From Dehalococcoidia bacterium (GTDB lineage: Bacteria > Chloroflexota > Dehalococcoidia > Lucifugimonadales > JADFKI01), in assembly GCA_965200085.1 (NCBI GenBank), contig OZ241333.1, positions 2,403,704 through 2,467,703 on the forward strand: a stretch of 64,000 bases of DNA, read 5' to 3'. Both the position numbers and the translations under genes were made by a program. Shown here one piece after another: positions 62,571-64,000 of the stretch; the first letter of the stretch is position 1, and every line of letters begins with the position of its first letter. The notes under the pieces were generated by a model. The model had not been told where the DNA came from. It saw nothing but the letters and a program-made list of their open reading frames with translations, and did not search any database.

Positions 62571-63773
62571 TTATCCTCGCAGATACGCAGCAACTCTGTC
62601 TAAAATCGCCCATCCTACATCGTACTTGCTCATTAGGGGCAAGGCTTCGCTTTCTCCCTCTCGGTCGATCAGTATAACTCGATTTGTGTCAACGCTGAAG
62701 CCGCTGTCCTGTGCGGTGATGTCGTTTGCTGCGATTAGGTGAAGCCCCTTGCTCAGGAGTTTGCTAGCGGCATTTGACATTAGGTCTTCGCTCTCAGCGG
62801 CAAAGCCTACTTTTATTAGACGCTCGCTTTCAATGCCTGCGATAATATCCGGATTCTTCACAAGACTTACTTCCCAGGTATCGGCGCTGCCCTTTTTGAC
62901 CTTCTGGTCTGCCATACTCGACGGGCGCCAGTCGGCGACGGCAGCCGCCATTATCAGAGCGTCTGCATCGGAACATTCCTTGTGCAGCGCATCATTCATC
63001 TGGAGCGCAGTCCGTACTCCGACCACTTTTATTCCAAATGGGTTCGGCAGTGCGGTCGGCGCGGAGATTAAAGATACATTTGCGCCTCTGTCGCGGGCTG
63101 CCTCGGCTACTGCGAATCCCATCTTGCCTGAAGAATGGTTGGCGATGACGCGCACGGGGTCTATCGGTTCCTGTGTGCCGCCTGCGCTCACTACGATTTT
63201 GCGTTCTGACAAGTCGCCTTTTCGTCCTAGGGTTTGGCGCAGACAGCCTAACAGTTCCGGCGTTTCTAATAGCCGACCTTTGCCGATAAGGCCGGATGCA
63301 AGCCTTCCTGACGCCGGACCTGCTATGACGCATCCGTAAGATTTCAGGGACGAAATGTTTTGTTGTGTGGCTGCGTTGTCGAACATGTGAGCGTCCATAG
63401 CGGGAGCGATAACTAACGGAGCCTGCGTAGCCAGAATCGTCGTAGTGAGCGCATCATCAGCGAACCCATGGGCTATCTTGGCTATGGTATGCGCGGTGGC
63501 GGGCGCGACTATGACGGCGTCGGCGCGCTCTGCGATTGCTACATGGTCTATGCTCAGTTCGGATTGCGGGTCGAACACATCCGTAACGACAGGCCGATGC
63601 GTAATGCTTTTGAAAGTAAGAGGTGTGAGGAACTGGCAAGCCTCTCGCGTCATAATGACATCGACAAGGGCGCCTGCCTGCGTCAGTTTGCTGGCAAGGT
63701 CAACCGCTTTGTAGCAGGCTATGCTGCCCGTAACGCCAAGTGCGATTCTGCTTTGTGCCAGAGGATCGGGCAT
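62571..63773 (-). CDS. coaBC: Bifunctional phosphopantothenoylcysteine decarboxylase / phosphopantothenate-cysteine ligase
   Basis: IALGVTGSIACYKAVDL, VAPATAHTIAKIAHGFADD, ISNHSSGKMGFAVAEAA-like (VIANHSSGKMGFAVAEAA). ATG 63773 is preferred over 63788. Confidence 0.92.
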   Translation of the reverse strand: MPDPLAQSRIALGVTGSIACYKAVDLASKLTQAGALVDVIMTREACQFLTPLTFKSITHRPVVTDVFDPQSELSIDHVAIAERADAVIVAPATAHTIAKIAHGFADDALTTTILATQAPLVIAPAMDAHMFDNAATQQNISSLKSYGCVIAGPASGRLASGLIGKGRLLETPELLGCLRQTLGRKGDLSERKIVVSAGGTQEPIDPVRVIANHSSGKMGFAVAEAARDRGANVSLISAPTALPNPFGIKVVGVRTALQMNDALHKECSDADALIMAAAVADWRPSSMADQKVKKGSADTWEVSLVKNPDIIAGIESERLIKVGFAAESEDLMSNAASKLLSKGLHLIAANDITAQDSGFSVDTNRVILIDREGESEALPLMSKYDVGWAILDRVAAYLRG

Positions 63774-63806
63774 TTTACACACCTTCACTTGACATTTGGA
63801 TTGGTG

Positions 63807-64000
63807 TTAAAGAGACATCTCGTAGATTAGGCGCAGTCCGGTCAGTGTGAGGTCCGGGTTGATGTCGTCGAACACACCGGCTTCTTTCTCGATGATGTGC
63901 GCCAATCCACCCGTGGCTACGACCTTTGATCCGCCGCCTAATTCATTATCAAAGCGCGCTACCATTCCTCGCACAAGGTCTGCATATCCGAGCACGATGC
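63807..64000 (-). CDS. coaX: Type III pantothenate kinase, C-terminal part (gene continues beyond the window)
   Basis: GYADLVRGMVARFDNELGGGSKVVATGGLAHII...INPDLTLTGLRLIY matches the CoaX C-terminus. The frame is open to the window edge. Confidence 0.8.
   Translation of the reverse strand, partial: IVLGYADLVRGMVARFDNELGGGSKVVATGGLAHIIEKEAGVFDDINPDLTLTGLRLIYEMSL

Overview
This is a 64-kb chromosomal window with about 60 protein genes and 2 tRNAs. I found no rRNA, CRISPR array, transposase, integrase or phage gene. GC content is moderately high. The gene content (Uma2 nucleases, UPF0182, Pro/Thr-linker surface protein, many acyl-CoA ligase, ACAD, enolase-superfamily, tautomerase and DinB genes) suggests a Chloroflexota-like, possibly marine SAR202-like, organism. 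That taxonomic call is inference only.

The backbone is housekeeping:
- A long minus-strand string, rpe-argH-(MaoC, ACAD)-argG-...-argD-UPF0182-argB-argJ, plus hemL.
- relA/spoT, rpsT, rpsP-KH-rimM, nudC, coaBC-coaX and two cyclophilins.
- An AttEFGH-like ABC system.
- Two CoA-centred catabolic clusters.

Unusual content:
1. A low-GC four-gene DUF4160/DUF2442 cassette (15965-17574) sits inside the arginine gene string. It holds two divergent tandem pairs. One DUF2442 protein carries an antitoxin-type tail and the other an unrecognised 129-aa extension. One DUF4160 gene is broken by two compensating frameshifts. This is my best candidate for an uncharacterised two-component, TA- or defence-like module.
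2. A roughly 5-kb surface-protein gene (1419-6409) is built of five ~205-aa tandem modules, four further Fn3-like domains and (TPTPTM)n linkers. It is split by a 1-nt frameshift in a C-run and preceded by an A6G9 tract at the ribosome-binding site.
3. An orphan PD-(D/E)xK HsdR-N-like gene lies in a low-GC islet (49840-50898).
4. Tandem Uma2 paralogs share near-identical 3' ends.
5. Tandem glutaredoxin-like genes share a C-terminal GIGC motif.
6. A vWA-like/FHA-like single-pass membrane protein cluster lies at 24434-27687.

All functional calls come from motif recognition by eye. No database search was run.
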